Shown here: positions 39,126 through 47,960 of the stretch, one piece after another
Layout: every line of letters starts with the position of its first letter
Numbering within the stretch: position 1 is the stretch's first letter
From: Actinomycetota bacterium
GTDB lineage: Bacteria; Actinomycetota; Acidimicrobiia; Acidimicrobiales; GCA-2861595
Direction: 5' to 3'
NCBI GenBank assembly: GCA_052387235.1
Contig: JBQTJJ010000047.1
Location: forward strand, 1-53,037
DNA length: 53,037 nt
Program-made: the position numbers and the translations under genes
Notes under the pieces: model-generated
Database searches by the model: none
The model's input: only the letters and a program-made list of their open reading frames with translations
What the model was told of the DNA's origin: nothing

Positions 39126-39147
39126 TGTGGTGCAGATGTGGTGCAGA
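39126..39147. repeat. Tandem 11-bp repeat TGTGGTGCAGA x2 (candidate integrase arm-type sites)
   Basis: Exact tandem copies about 70 bp beyond the tRNA 3' end. Confidence 0.6.
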
Positions 39148-39215
39148 AATGGCTCTGAGGCCCCGCCAGCTGCGCTCGCAACCGGAAATGTGCCTCTGAC
39201 CTGCGCCTTTCCCGG

Positions 39216-39289
39216 TGGGCGTAACAGGACTCGAACCTGTGACCTCAGCCGTGTGAAGGCTGCGCTCTAACCAACTGAGCCATACGCCC
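39216..39289 (-). tRNA. tRNA-Val(CAC)
   Basis: Acceptor GGGCGTA/TACGCCC, D arm GCTCAGTTGGTTAGAGC, anticodon arm CAGCC-TTCACAC-GGCTG, T loop GTTCGAGTC. CCA is not encoded. Confidence 0.96.
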
Positions 39290-39967
39290 GGGAGAGGTCA
39301 TCGTAGCTGCCGCGCCGCCGGCCGGCTCCGGCGCCCCGGGCAGGACCCGCTCCCGCCACGGGACGCTCGACAGCATCCCGGCCGGCCGGCGGGCGGGTGA
39401 GGCCACGATGCGGGCTCCCTGGAAGGCCAGGCCCGGATGGCTCCCCCCGATCCACGCCAGGTCGTGGTCGCCGGCCACGTCCACCACGCAGTGGGCGAGC
39501 CGGGTCCGGGCCCGGAGCCGCCTGGGGAGGACGACCGGCCCGCCGGGGCGACCCTGGCCCCAGCGGAGGGGTAGGACGAGGGTGAGGCGCGGGCCCCGAG
39601 GCCGGCCCGACAGCTCGACGCCCCCTTCGGCCCACACCATCCGGCGCTCGCCGGCCGAGCTGGACCAGCGCAGCTCGCCCAGCTCGGCGGGCAGTCCCCA
39701 CCGCTCCCGGCACGCGAGACGGGCGGCCGGCGACGAGACCACCATGGCGACGGTGCACATGACCGGCCGCAGGCCCAGCCGGGCCGGGACCGCCACCGAC
39801 AGCTCGCGGTAAGGGCCCACCGGCGTGTCGTCGTACGTCATGGCCACCACGGACGCGGGCCCGGGCACCCGGTGCAGGCCGGAAGGGAGCCGGTGGGCAC
39901 GCGGCCCGGGCCGGCCGGTCCACGCGAGGAGGCCTTCGCCGCGCAGCAACCAGGGTGATTCGGGCAC
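39245..39967 (-). CDS. Acetoacetate decarboxylase-like family protein
   Basis: PWLLRGE, YDDTPVGPYREL, RERWGLPAELG. The ORF runs 45 nt into the tRNA. Confidence 0.72.
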   Translation of the reverse strand: MPESPWLLRGEGLLAWTGRPGPRAHRLPSGLHRVPGPASVVAMTYDDTPVGPYRELSVAVPARLGLRPVMCTVAMVVSSPAARLACRERWGLPAELGELRWSSSAGERRMVWAEGGVELSGRPRGPRLTLVLPLRWGQGRPGGPVVLPRRLRARTRLAHCVVDVAGDHDLAWIGGSHPGLAFQGARIVASPARRPAGMLSSVPWRERVLPGAPEPAGGAAATMTSPGRMAQLVRAQPSHG

Positions 39968-40030
39968 GATGCCACGGTAGGTGCACTGGTGGACTGTCGG
40001 ACTCGCCGGAGCCGATGGTTGACTGGTCTC

Positions 40031-41047
40031 ATGCGTATCGCAGTGATCGCCCCTCCATGGACCCCGGTCCCCCCCAAGCTGTACGGCGGCATCGAGCTCG
40101 TGGTGGACCGGCTGGCCACCGGCTTCGACCGTGCCGGCCACGACGTCCTCCTCTTCACCACCGGTGACTCCACCAGCGCCGTGCCCCGCCAGTGGGTGCT
40201 GGAGGAGGCCGAGCACGAGCGCATCGGCATGGTGGTGCCCGAACTGCGCCACATCATGGCCGCCTACGAGGCGGTCAAGGACTACGACATCGTCCACGAC
40301 CACACCGTGATGGGCCCCGTCTACGCCCAGCGGTTCCCCGACACCAAGGTCGTCACCACCGTGCACGGCCCGTTCAACGACGAGCTGATCGACCTCTACG
40401 GGCGCATCGCCCGCACCGTCCCCCTCATCGCCATCTCCCACGCCCAGAGCAGGCCGGCGCCCCAGATCCCCATCGCCCGGGTCATCCACCACGGGCTCGA
40501 CGTCGAGGAGTTCCCGGTCGGCGCCGGCCAGGGCGGCTACTTCCTGTTCCTCGGGCGCATGTCGCCGGACAAGGGGGCCCACCGGGCCACGGAGATCGCC
40601 TTCAAAGCAGGCGTGCCGCTGATCATGGCGGCCAAGATGCGCGAGCCGTGGGAGCACCGGTACTTCGACGACAACGTCCGGCCCTACTTGAACGACGACA
40701 TCCGCTATGTCGGTGAGGTGCCCCACGAGGAGAAGCTGGAGCTGCTGGCCAACGCCCGCGGCCTGATCTTCCCGATCCGCTGGAACGAGCCGTTCGGCAT
40801 GGTGATGATCGAGGCCATGGCGTGCGGCACGCCCGTGCTCGCCTTCCCGGAGGGGGCGGCGCCCGAGGTCGTGCAGGACGGCAGGACCGGCTTCTTGTGC
40901 GCCGACGAAGCCGAGATGGTGGACGCCATCGGCCGCATCGACCAGATCGACCGTGCCGCGTGCCGGGCGTCGGTCGAGGACTACTTCTCCACCGACCGCA
41001 TGGTGCGCGAGCACATCGAGCTGTTCGAGCAGATCCTGGCCGACTGA
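40031..41047 (+). CDS. Glycosyltransferase family 4
   Basis: PPKLYGGIE, GRMSPDKG, EPFGMVMIEAMACGTPV. Confidence 0.93.
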   Translation: MRIAVIAPPWTPVPPKLYGGIELVVDRLATGFDRAGHDVLLFTTGDSTSAVPRQWVLEEAEHERIGMVVPELRHIMAAYEAVKDYDIVHDHTVMGPVYAQRFPDTKVVTTVHGPFNDELIDLYGRIARTVPLIAISHAQSRPAPQIPIARVIHHGLDVEEFPVGAGQGGYFLFLGRMSPDKGAHRATEIAFKAGVPLIMAAKMREPWEHRYFDDNVRPYLNDDIRYVGEVPHEEKLELLANARGLIFPIRWNEPFGMVMIEAMACGTPVLAFPEGAAPEVVQDGRTGFLCADEAEMVDAIGRIDQIDRAACRASVEDYFSTDRMVREHIELFEQILAD

Positions 41048-41056
41048 CCGGAAGCC

Positions 41057-41083
41057 GTTTCGGGGCTCCGGGGCCCCGGGTAC
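41057..41083 (+). promoter_or_regulatory. SigB/SigF-type promoter
   Basis: GTTT-N17-GGGTAC immediately upstream of the CsbD-family gene. Confidence 0.7.
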
Positions 41084-41092
41084 AGAGGTGCC

Positions 41093-41260
41093 ATGGCAAA
41101 CTTCGATGAGCTCAAGGGCAGGGCAAAGGAAGCGGCCGGGGACCTCACGGACGACGAGGACCTCCAGCGCGAGGGCAAGGTCGACCAGGCCACCGGCACC
41201 GTCAAGGAGAAGCTGGATGACGTGTCCGACAAGGTGAAGGACTTCGTCAACCGGGACTGA
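41093..41260 (+). CDS. CsbD family stress protein (absent from the ORF track)
   Basis: MANFDELKGRAKEAAGDLTDDEDLQREGKVDQATGTVKEK... Confidence 0.92.
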   Translation: MANFDELKGRAKEAAGDLTDDEDLQREGKVDQATGTVKEKLDDVSDKVKDFVNRD

Positions 41261-41276
41261 TCAGGGCCGGAGCGAC

Positions 41277-41308
41277 GACGGGAGCCGCCCGCGTGGGCGG
41301 CTCCCGTC
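41277..41308. terminator. Hairpin between convergent genes
   Basis: GACGGGAGCCGCCC-GCGT-GGGCGGCTCCCGTC, 14-bp stem. Confidence 0.75.
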
Positions 41309-41322
41309 CGCGTTGCGGCTTC

Positions 41323-42315
41323 CTATGCGTCCCCGGGCCCGGGCGGCGGTGACGCCGGCCCGGCAGCGCCGATGCCTCCCCCGACCGGGTCGGGCGGTGG
41401 CGGCGGCGGGGTACCGCTGTCGAGCGCGCCGGCGTTGACCAGCACCACGGTCTGGCCCGGCCCCTTGACGCCGTCCCGGCGCAACCGGTCGGTGATGCGT
41501 CCCCGCAGCTCCCGGGCAGTGGCGTACTGCTGGCGGGGGGCGGTCTTGACCACGAGGCGGATGGTGAGCCCTTCGGCCGCCATGGCCTGGACGCCCCAGA
41601 CCTCGGGCGGCTCGAGCACGGACTCGACCCAGGCCGGGTCCCGGGAGAACTCGTCGGCCACCTCGCCGATCGACCGCATCACGGCGGGGACGTCCGACTC
41701 GTAGGCGACGAGCACGTCGATCAGGGCCCGGGACCACTCCATCGACGTGTTCCCCACCCGCTTGATCTCGCCGTTCGGGACGAACCACACCGTGCCGTCG
41801 GTGGAGCGGAGGCGGGTGACCCGCAGGGAGATGTCCTCCACCGTGCCGGTGGCGTCGCCCAGGTTGATGACGTCGCCCACCCCGTACTGGTCTTCCAGGA
41901 GGATGAAGAAGCCCGACAGGAAGTCCTTGACCAGGCTCTGGGCCCCGAAGCCCACGGCGATGCCGGCGATGCCGGCGCCGGCCAGGAGGGGTGCCAGGTC
42001 CACCCCCACCTCGCCCAGCACCAGCAGGATCACGACCACCCACACCACGGCGCGCGCCAGGCTCGTGAGGACGTCGCCCAGGGTGGTGATCCGCTGCTCG
42101 GCCCGCACCGACCCGGCCCGGACCGGCGCCCGGCCGTGCAGGGTCCGCACGAAGCGCCGGACGGCTCTGGTGGCCACCCTCGTGACCAGCATCCCGCCGG
42201 CCAGGAGGAGGGCGATCTTGAGCGGGCGGACCAGCAGGAACTCCCACGTGCTGGCGCCGAAGTCCCCCATCCCCGCCTTGCGCAGCAGGTCGTAGACGTA
42301 GCCGTGGTCGTCCAT
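41323..42315 (-). CDS. Small-conductance mechanosensitive channel (MscS family)
   Basis: GFGAQSLVKDFLSG, EDQYGVGD, GTVEDISLRVT, VPNG. Start uncertain. Confidence 0.92.
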   Translation of the reverse strand: MDDHGYVYDLLRKAGMGDFGASTWEFLLVRPLKIALLLAGGMLVTRVATRAVRRFVRTLHGRAPVRAGSVRAEQRITTLGDVLTSLARAVVWVVVILLVLGEVGVDLAPLLAGAGIAGIAVGFGAQSLVKDFLSGFFILLEDQYGVGDVINLGDATGTVEDISLRVTRLRSTDGTVWFVPNGEIKRVGNTSMEWSRALIDVLVAYESDVPAVMRSIGEVADEFSRDPAWVESVLEPPEVWGVQAMAAEGLTIRLVVKTAPRQQYATARELRGRITDRLRRDGVKGPGQTVVLVNAGALDSGTPPPPPPDPVGGGIGAAGPASPPPGPGDA

Positions 42316-42436
42316 CGCCAGCAGCCTCGCGCGCCGCCCGGCCCGGTACCGTGGGAAGCGTGCCCGACGACGGCCTCTCCTCCGCCATGGCCGCTCCGTG
42401 GCGGCTCCGGCCACGGTCCCGGGCCCGGGTCCGGCC

Positions 42437-42883
42437 ATGAGTGGGCTCGATGCGCGGGAGCAGCGCTACAGCTACCGCCTGGCCGGGTTCGCCGCGATCG
42501 CGTCCGTCGCACTGTGGGGGCCCGAGTTCGACGAGCGGGCCGGCATCGCCCTGGCCGGCATCGGCGTCTCGATGGCCGGCCTCCTCGCCGCCGCCGCCTG
42601 GCGTCGCAGCCGCCTCCTCACCGGCGTGGCCGCCGTGCTGCTCGCGTTCGGCCCATGGGGCATGGCCTGGCTCATCGGGCTGCCGTACCTGGTCCTGGCC
42701 GGCTGGCTGGCGGTACGGGGCGCCAGGCAGGCAGGCGCCGATCCCGTCGCGCCCCGTCCGCCCCGTCCACCCCGTCCTCGGCGGAGACGCCGCCAGCCCC
42801 CCGCCGACGCCGGAGGGACACTGGCGCGGTCCTCGCCACCGCCGCCGAGCAAGCGCTACACCCCACCACAGCGGCGCACCTGA
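42437..42883 (+). CDS. Hypothetical membrane protein
   Basis: About 4 hydrophobic segments; basic tail ending SKRYTPP. Confidence 0.65.
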   Translation: MSGLDAREQRYSYRLAGFAAIASVALWGPEFDERAGIALAGIGVSMAGLLAAAAWRRSRLLTGVAAVLLAFGPWGMAWLIGLPYLVLAGWLAVRGARQAGADPVAPRPPRPPRPRRRRRQPPADAGGTLARSSPPPPSKRYTPPQRRT

Positions 42884-42986
42884 GGACGCCGGCGGGAAGA
42901 CGGGCGCTTTGCCCTGTCCTGCCGGGTTTCTTTCGGCCAGAATGGCCGCTATCGGAGCCCCGGCAGGACACGACGCCAGAAGAGTC

Positions 42987-43012
42987 GAATATTCGGTGGC
43001 TGCGCGTCGTCT
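42987..43012 (+). promoter_or_regulatory. Candidate ECF-sigma autoregulatory promoter
   Basis: GAATA-N16-CGTCT upstream of the ECF gene. Confidence 0.45.
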
Positions 43013-43030
43013 CTCCAGTGCAAAGGCCGA

Positions 43031-43513
43031 ATGACCTCCTTCGAGGACTTCCACCGATCGAAGGCCAAGCATGCACTCCACTACGCGCGCGCGATTCTCG
43101 GGGCCGACTCTGCCGAGGACGTCTGTCAAGAGGCCTGGTTCAAGGCGTGGCGCGCCTGGGGAACCGCTGATCCCGCGAAACTGGACACCTGGCTCCTGGC
43201 CATCGTCCGCAACTGCTGCTTCGAGCGCCTCCGGTCCAACCGGCCGGTCGCCGTGCTCACCGAGGACGACGCCTCCCCGATCCCACCGCCGGACGAGGTG
43301 GTCGTGGCCGCTCTCGAGATGGCGGCGGCATGGGTGCTGCTCCAGCGCCTCTCCCCTCCGCTGCGGGAGGCCCTCTGGCTCCGGGAGGTCATGGACCTCT
43401 CGTACGCCGAGATCGCCGAGGTGCAGCGGGTCCCGGTGGGGACCGTGATGTCCCGTCTGCATGCCGCCCGCCGAAAGGCCAGCCGGCTCCTGTCGTCGAG
43501 ACGAGTTCGGTGA
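43031..43513 (+). CDS. ECF RNA polymerase sigma factor
   Basis: AEDVCQEAWFKAWR, TWLLAIVRN, LSYAEIAE...VGTVMSRLHAAR. Confidence 0.92.
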   Translation: MTSFEDFHRSKAKHALHYARAILGADSAEDVCQEAWFKAWRAWGTADPAKLDTWLLAIVRNCCFERLRSNRPVAVLTEDDASPIPPPDEVVVAALEMAAAWVLLQRLSPPLREALWLREVMDLSYAEIAEVQRVPVGTVMSRLHAARRKASRLLSSRRVR

Positions 43514-44904
43514 TCCTCCGCCCGCACCCGCGGAAGCAGGAGCTCGGGGCCTGGTTCGACGGTGAGGGCAGGGACCGGGTCGGAGCCCACGTCCTCGGCT
43601 GCAACCGATGCCAGCGCTACGTATCGGAGCTGTCGCGGCTGCGGTCCTGGCTGCGCGTCCAGCCCTTCGTCGCCATGACCGACCAGCCCGGCGAGGCGTC
43701 GGCGGCCCGGGCCGGCCACAGCCGGCGCCCGCTCGTCCTGGTGGCTGCCCTGCTCACGGCGTTCGTCCTGGTCGTCGACCGGACCGAGGCGCCGATCCCG
43801 CTCCAGGCCTCCTCGCCCACCACCACCCGGCCGTCCACCACCGTGGCCGAGGCCCCGTCGTCGGCGCCGGCGGGCGACGGGGGGTCCGGTGAGCTGGCGG
43901 CCACGACCCCGTCCACGTCCGCCGCCCCCTCCACCAACTCGGTGTCGAGTCAGGCCCTGGCCCGCGCCCGCGAGCCCTCGTCGCCCAAGCCGCTCCGGCT
44001 CGGCCTCATCGTGCCCACCACCGGCACCATGGCGGCGGAAGGCAAGGACGTCGTCGCCGTGGTCCGCCAGCGGGTGGAGAGCGCCAACGCCGCCGGCGGC
44101 GTGGCCGGGCTCCCCGTGCAACTGGAGGTGGCAGCAGCCGAGAGCGCCGAAGCGGTGGCGGGCCTCGTGAAGCGTGTCGACGCCCTGGTGGGCGGCTTCG
44201 GTGTCGAGCCCCCCCCGGGCCTGCCCTGGCTGCTCCCGGCCGACCCGGCCATCTCCGGACCCAGCGTCCTACCGGCCGAGATGACGTCACGCATGGCCGG
44301 GGCCCAGCTCGGCACGGTGCTCCGGAGCCAGGGCATCAACGGGCCGGTCGGGGTCGTGGTCGGCACCGGTCCGGACGCCGCCCTCGGCGCGGGCCTGGCG
44401 TCCAAGACACCGATCTCGTCGGTGGTGGCCCAGGAGTCGGGCACGTGCGCCCCCGAGATCGCGGCGCTGCGCAGAGCCGGGGCCGTGGCCCTGGCCGTGG
44501 CCGGGAACCCGCAGCTGGCCACCAAGTGCCTGCGGGCCGCCTTCGCAGCGGCGTGGCTGCCGGCGTTCGGGCGGATCCTGGCCCCCTCGGCCGCGTACGC
44601 GGGCCTCCAGATCATGCCCGAGGCCCTGGGCGCCCGCACCGTGCTGGGCCTGCCCTGGCCGACCTCCACCGCCCCGGGCGCGGCCCGCTTCCGGGCCACC
44701 ACCGAGTCCACCTCGTACCGGGCCCTGGTCTCCTATGCCGCCGCCGAGCTGGCCATCGACGTGGCCCGCCAGCAGGGCGTCGTGTCGGTCGAGTCGGTGG
44801 GCGCCGGCACGTGGCGCACCGACCTGGTGGACCTGTCGGGGCTCACCAACCGGGTGAACACCCTGGTCTCCGCCTTCCTCGGCACCTGGCTCATCGCCGG
44901 CTAG
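43510..44904 (+). CDS. Zinc-binding anti-sigma factor fused to an extracytoplasmic solute-binding-like domain
   Basis: GTG overlaps the sigma stop; HVLGCNRC (HxxxCxxC), TM segment, Ser/Thr linker, LRLGLIVPTTG...ANAAGGVAGLPVQL (LivJ-like start). Confidence 0.78.
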   Translation: MILRPHPRKQELGAWFDGEGRDRVGAHVLGCNRCQRYVSELSRLRSWLRVQPFVAMTDQPGEASAARAGHSRRPLVLVAALLTAFVLVVDRTEAPIPLQASSPTTTRPSTTVAEAPSSAPAGDGGSGELAATTPSTSAAPSTNSVSSQALARAREPSSPKPLRLGLIVPTTGTMAAEGKDVVAVVRQRVESANAAGGVAGLPVQLEVAAAESAEAVAGLVKRVDALVGGFGVEPPPGLPWLLPADPAISGPSVLPAEMTSRMAGAQLGTVLRSQGINGPVGVVVGTGPDAALGAGLASKTPISSVVAQESGTCAPEIAALRRAGAVALAVAGNPQLATKCLRAAFAAAWLPAFGRILAPSAAYAGLQIMPEALGARTVLGLPWPTSTAPGAARFRATTESTSYRALVSYAAAELAIDVARQQGVVSVESVGAGTWRTDLVDLSGLTNRVNTLVSAFLGTWLIAG

Positions 44905-45499
44905 TCCCGGGTTCGGCCCCGAGGGCCGACCGGAGGAAGGCCAGCAGCTGGTCCCGCCGGCGCACGAGGTCACGGGCGGTGGGCTCGAAGCCCAGGGCCC
45001 GGAGCACCTCGACCTCGGTGGCCATGCCGAGCACGGCCGAGTAGGCGGCCAGGAGCACCATGCGGGGGTCCTGCTCCCGCATGCGGCCCGCCTCCATCTC
45101 GGCCGCGAGGAACGAGGTGGCCCGGGCCATGAGCGGCTCGAAGGCGCCCAGGAGCCGGGTGGACGCCGGCGGCCCGAGCCGGCTCGCCTCCCGCACCACC
45201 CCGAGGAGCTCGGGCCGGCGCACCGAGATGCGGAAGACCGACTTCACCAGCGCCTCCACCCGGGGCCACCCCTCCCCCGCCCGGGCCAGCGAGCGGTCGA
45301 AGGCGGCGCCCAGGTCGGCGGCCGTGCGGTCCACCACCGCCGCCAGCAGGGCGTCCTTGCTCGGGTACCAGTAGAGGATGGTCTGCTTGCGCAGGCCCAG
45401 GCCCTTGGCCAGGAGGTCGAGCGAGGTGGCTTCGTAGCCTCTGGCCCCGAAGGACTCGACGGCGGCCACGAGGACCCGCTCCCCCGTCGTCGACCTCAT
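44891..45499 (-). CDS. TetR/AcrR family regulator
   Basis: FGARGYEATSLDLLA..LGLRKQTILYWYPSKDAL. Confidence 0.92.
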   Translation of the reverse strand: MRSTTGERVLVAAVESFGARGYEATSLDLLAKGLGLRKQTILYWYPSKDALLAAVVDRTAADLGAAFDRSLARAGEGWPRVEALVKSVFRISVRRPELLGVVREASRLGPPASTRLLGAFEPLMARATSFLAAEMEAGRMREQDPRMVLLAAYSAVLGMATEVEVLRALGFEPTARDLVRRRDQLLAFLRSALGAEPGTSRR

Positions 45500-45553
45500 C
45501 TACCGGATGGTAGAGGACGGCCGGGTTGGGCCGCCCGTCTACCAACTGGTAGA
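45499..45553. promoter_or_regulatory. Two palindromic operators TCTACC-N4-GGTAGA
   Basis: At 45499-45514 and 45538-45553, abutting the starts of the two divergent genes. Confidence 0.8.
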
Positions 45554-45554
45554 C

Positions 45555-47960
45555 ATGGCGCCGATGATCGCAGCCCGCCTCGACGGCAAGCGGATCGGCG
45601 TCACCGGGGCCACCGGCTTCCTCGGCACCGCCCTGGTGGAGCGCCTCCTGCGCTGCGTCCCCGGGTGCGAGGTCGTGGTGGTGGTGCGGGCCGGCAAGCG
45701 CACGCCGGCGACGGAGCGGGTACGGCGGGAGATCATCCGCAACGACTGCTTCGACCGCCTCCGAGGAGAGTGGGGCGAGTCCTTCGATGCCGAGGTGGCC
45801 CGGCGCCTGCTGGTCGTGGCCGGCGACGTGTCGGTCGACGGCCTCGGCCTCGACGACGCGGGCCGGGCCCTCCTGTCCTCGTGCGACATCGTCGTCCACT
45901 CCGCCGCCTCGGTCAGCTTCGACTCGCCGCTCGACGCCGCCGTCGAGGTCAACCTGCTGGGCCCGTCCCGGGTCGCGGCGCTGCTGGCCGAGGCCGCCGG
46001 CGACGGCCCGAGGCCCCACCTGGTGGCCGTGTCCACGGCCTACGTGGCCGGCACGCGCCGGGGCGAGTCACCCGAGGCCCTGCTGCCGGACACCCCGTTC
46101 GCCATCGACGTGGGGTGGCAGGGAGAGGTCGCCGCCTCCCGGCACGCCCGCTCCGACGCCGACACCGCCAGCCGCCAGCCCGAGCGCCTGACCGCGTTCG
46201 CCAAGCAGGCCCGGGCCGAGCTCGGCGCCGCCGGCGGGCCCCTGCTGGCCGAGAAGCTGGAGCGGCTCCGGCTCGACTGGGTGCGGGACCGGATGGTCCA
46301 GGCCGGCAAGTCGCGGGCCCAGGCCCTGGGGTGGCCCGACGCCTACGCCTACACCAAGGCCCTGGGCGAGCGGGCCCTGCTCGACTCGCGCCGCGACGTC
46401 CCGGTCACCATCGTGCGCCCCTCCATCATCGAGTCGGCCCTGGCCGAGCCGCGACCCGGCTGGATCCGCGGCTTCCGCATGGCCGAGCCCGTGATCATCT
46501 CGTACGGGCGGGGCCTGCTGAAGGAGTTCCCGGGCATCCCCGAAGGCGTGGTCGACGTCATCCCGGTGGACCTGGTGGTCGCGGCCATCATCGCGGTGGC
46601 GGCCAGGGGTCCGCTCGAGTCGGGTCCCGACGTGGTCCAGGTCGCCTCCGGCGCTCGCAACCCGCTCCGGTACCGGCGCCTGGTCCGGCTGGTGCAGGGG
46701 TGGTTCGAGGAGCACCCCCTCTACGACGCCGACGGCCAGCCCATCGTCGTGCCGGAGTGGTCCTTCCCGGGGCGGGGCCGGGTCCAGCGCCAGCTGCAGC
46801 GGGCCACCAAGGTCCTTTCCACGGCCGAGAAGGCCGTCACTTCCCTGCCCATCCGGGGCAAGCGGGCCGAGATGTCGTCCCGCCTGGAGGACAGGCGCAG
46901 CCAGGCCGAGCGGGCCCTCGGCTACGTGGAGCTGTACGGCGCCTACGCCGAGACCGAGGCCGTCTTCAAGGTCGACCGCCTCCTGGCCCTCTTCCACTCG
47001 CTGCCCGAAGACGACCGGGCGACGTTCGGCTTCGACCCGGCCGTCATCGACTGGGCCCACTTCGTGTGCGACGTGCACCTGCCCTCGATCGTCGCCCAGG
47101 CCCGGGTGCGCACCTCGCCCGGCAAGCGCAGGGGCGCATCCAGGGAGGACAGGGGCCGCAAGGCGGTGCTGTCCCCGTCGCGCCACCTGGCCGCCTTCGA
47201 CCTCGAGAACACGCTCATCGCCTCCAACGTGGTGGAGTCGTACGCCTGGCTGGCGACCCGCCACCTCCCGGCCGAGGAGCGGGTCCGTTTCGTCCTGCGC
47301 ACACTGCGGGAGGCGCCCACCCTGCTGTCCCTCGACCGGCGGGACCGGGGTGACTTCCTGCGCCACTTCTACCGCCGGTACGAGGGCGCCCCCCGGGCCC
47401 AGGTCGACGCCGACGCCTGGCTCATGTTCTCCGACCTCATCCTGCGCAAGGCCTTCCCGGCCGGCATCCGCAGGGTGCGCGAGCACCGGGCCCTCGGCCA
47501 TCGCACACTGCTCATCACCGGCGCCCTCGACTTCGCCATCGCCCCGCTGCGGCCGCTGTTCGACGACATCGTGTGCGCCAAGCTCGGTACCGACGGCGAC
47601 GGCCGGCTCACGGGCGAGCTGCTGGCCGGGCCTCCCACCGGCGAGGCGAGGGCCCTCGTGATGAAGGCCTACGCCGACGCCGAGGGGCTGCGGCTGGAGG
47701 AGTCGGCGGCCTACGCCGACTCGGCCTCCGACCTGCCCATGCTGGAGGCGGTGGGGCATCCCGTGGCCGTCAACCCCGAGGCCAAGCTGGCCACCATCGC
47801 CCGCAAGCGGGGCTGGCACGTCGAGCACTGGTCCAAGGCCCCCGGCGGTCCCCGCCCCCTCCTCCCCATCGGCCCGCTCGTCGAACGCGGCCGCTCCCGA
47901 GTAAATAAGTCCCCGATTCGGGGACTTATTTACTCGGGGTCGGCGGGGGACGACGAGTGA
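45555..47960 (+). CDS. Fatty acyl-CoA reductase (male-sterility SDR) fused to a HAD-IB hydrolase
   Basis: TGATGFLG, HSAASVSFD, YAYTK, VRPSIIES; C-terminal FDLENTL, LITG, YADSASD, VAVNP. Confidence 0.88.
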   Translation: MAPMIAARLDGKRIGVTGATGFLGTALVERLLRCVPGCEVVVVVRAGKRTPATERVRREIIRNDCFDRLRGEWGESFDAEVARRLLVVAGDVSVDGLGLDDAGRALLSSCDIVVHSAASVSFDSPLDAAVEVNLLGPSRVAALLAEAAGDGPRPHLVAVSTAYVAGTRRGESPEALLPDTPFAIDVGWQGEVAASRHARSDADTASRQPERLTAFAKQARAELGAAGGPLLAEKLERLRLDWVRDRMVQAGKSRAQALGWPDAYAYTKALGERALLDSRRDVPVTIVRPSIIESALAEPRPGWIRGFRMAEPVIISYGRGLLKEFPGIPEGVVDVIPVDLVVAAIIAVAARGPLESGPDVVQVASGARNPLRYRRLVRLVQGWFEEHPLYDADGQPIVVPEWSFPGRGRVQRQLQRATKVLSTAEKAVTSLPIRGKRAEMSSRLEDRRSQAERALGYVELYGAYAETEAVFKVDRLLALFHSLPEDDRATFGFDPAVIDWAHFVCDVHLPSIVAQARVRTSPGKRRGASREDRGRKAVLSPSRHLAAFDLENTLIASNVVESYAWLATRHLPAEERVRFVLRTLREAPTLLSLDRRDRGDFLRHFYRRYEGAPRAQVDADAWLMFSDLILRKAFPAGIRRVREHRALGHRTLLITGALDFAIAPLRPLFDDIVCAKLGTDGDGRLTGELLAGPPTGEARALVMKAYADAEGLRLEESAAYADSASDLPMLEAVGHPVAVNPEAKLATIARKRGWHVEHWSKAPGGPRPLLPIGPLVERGRSRVNKSPIRGLIYSGSAGDDE
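47896..47938. repeat. Palindromic REP-like element, copy 2 (inside a CDS 3' end)
   Basis: CCCGAGTAAATAAGTCCCCG-ATT-CGGGGACTTATTTACTCGGG. Confidence 0.88.
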
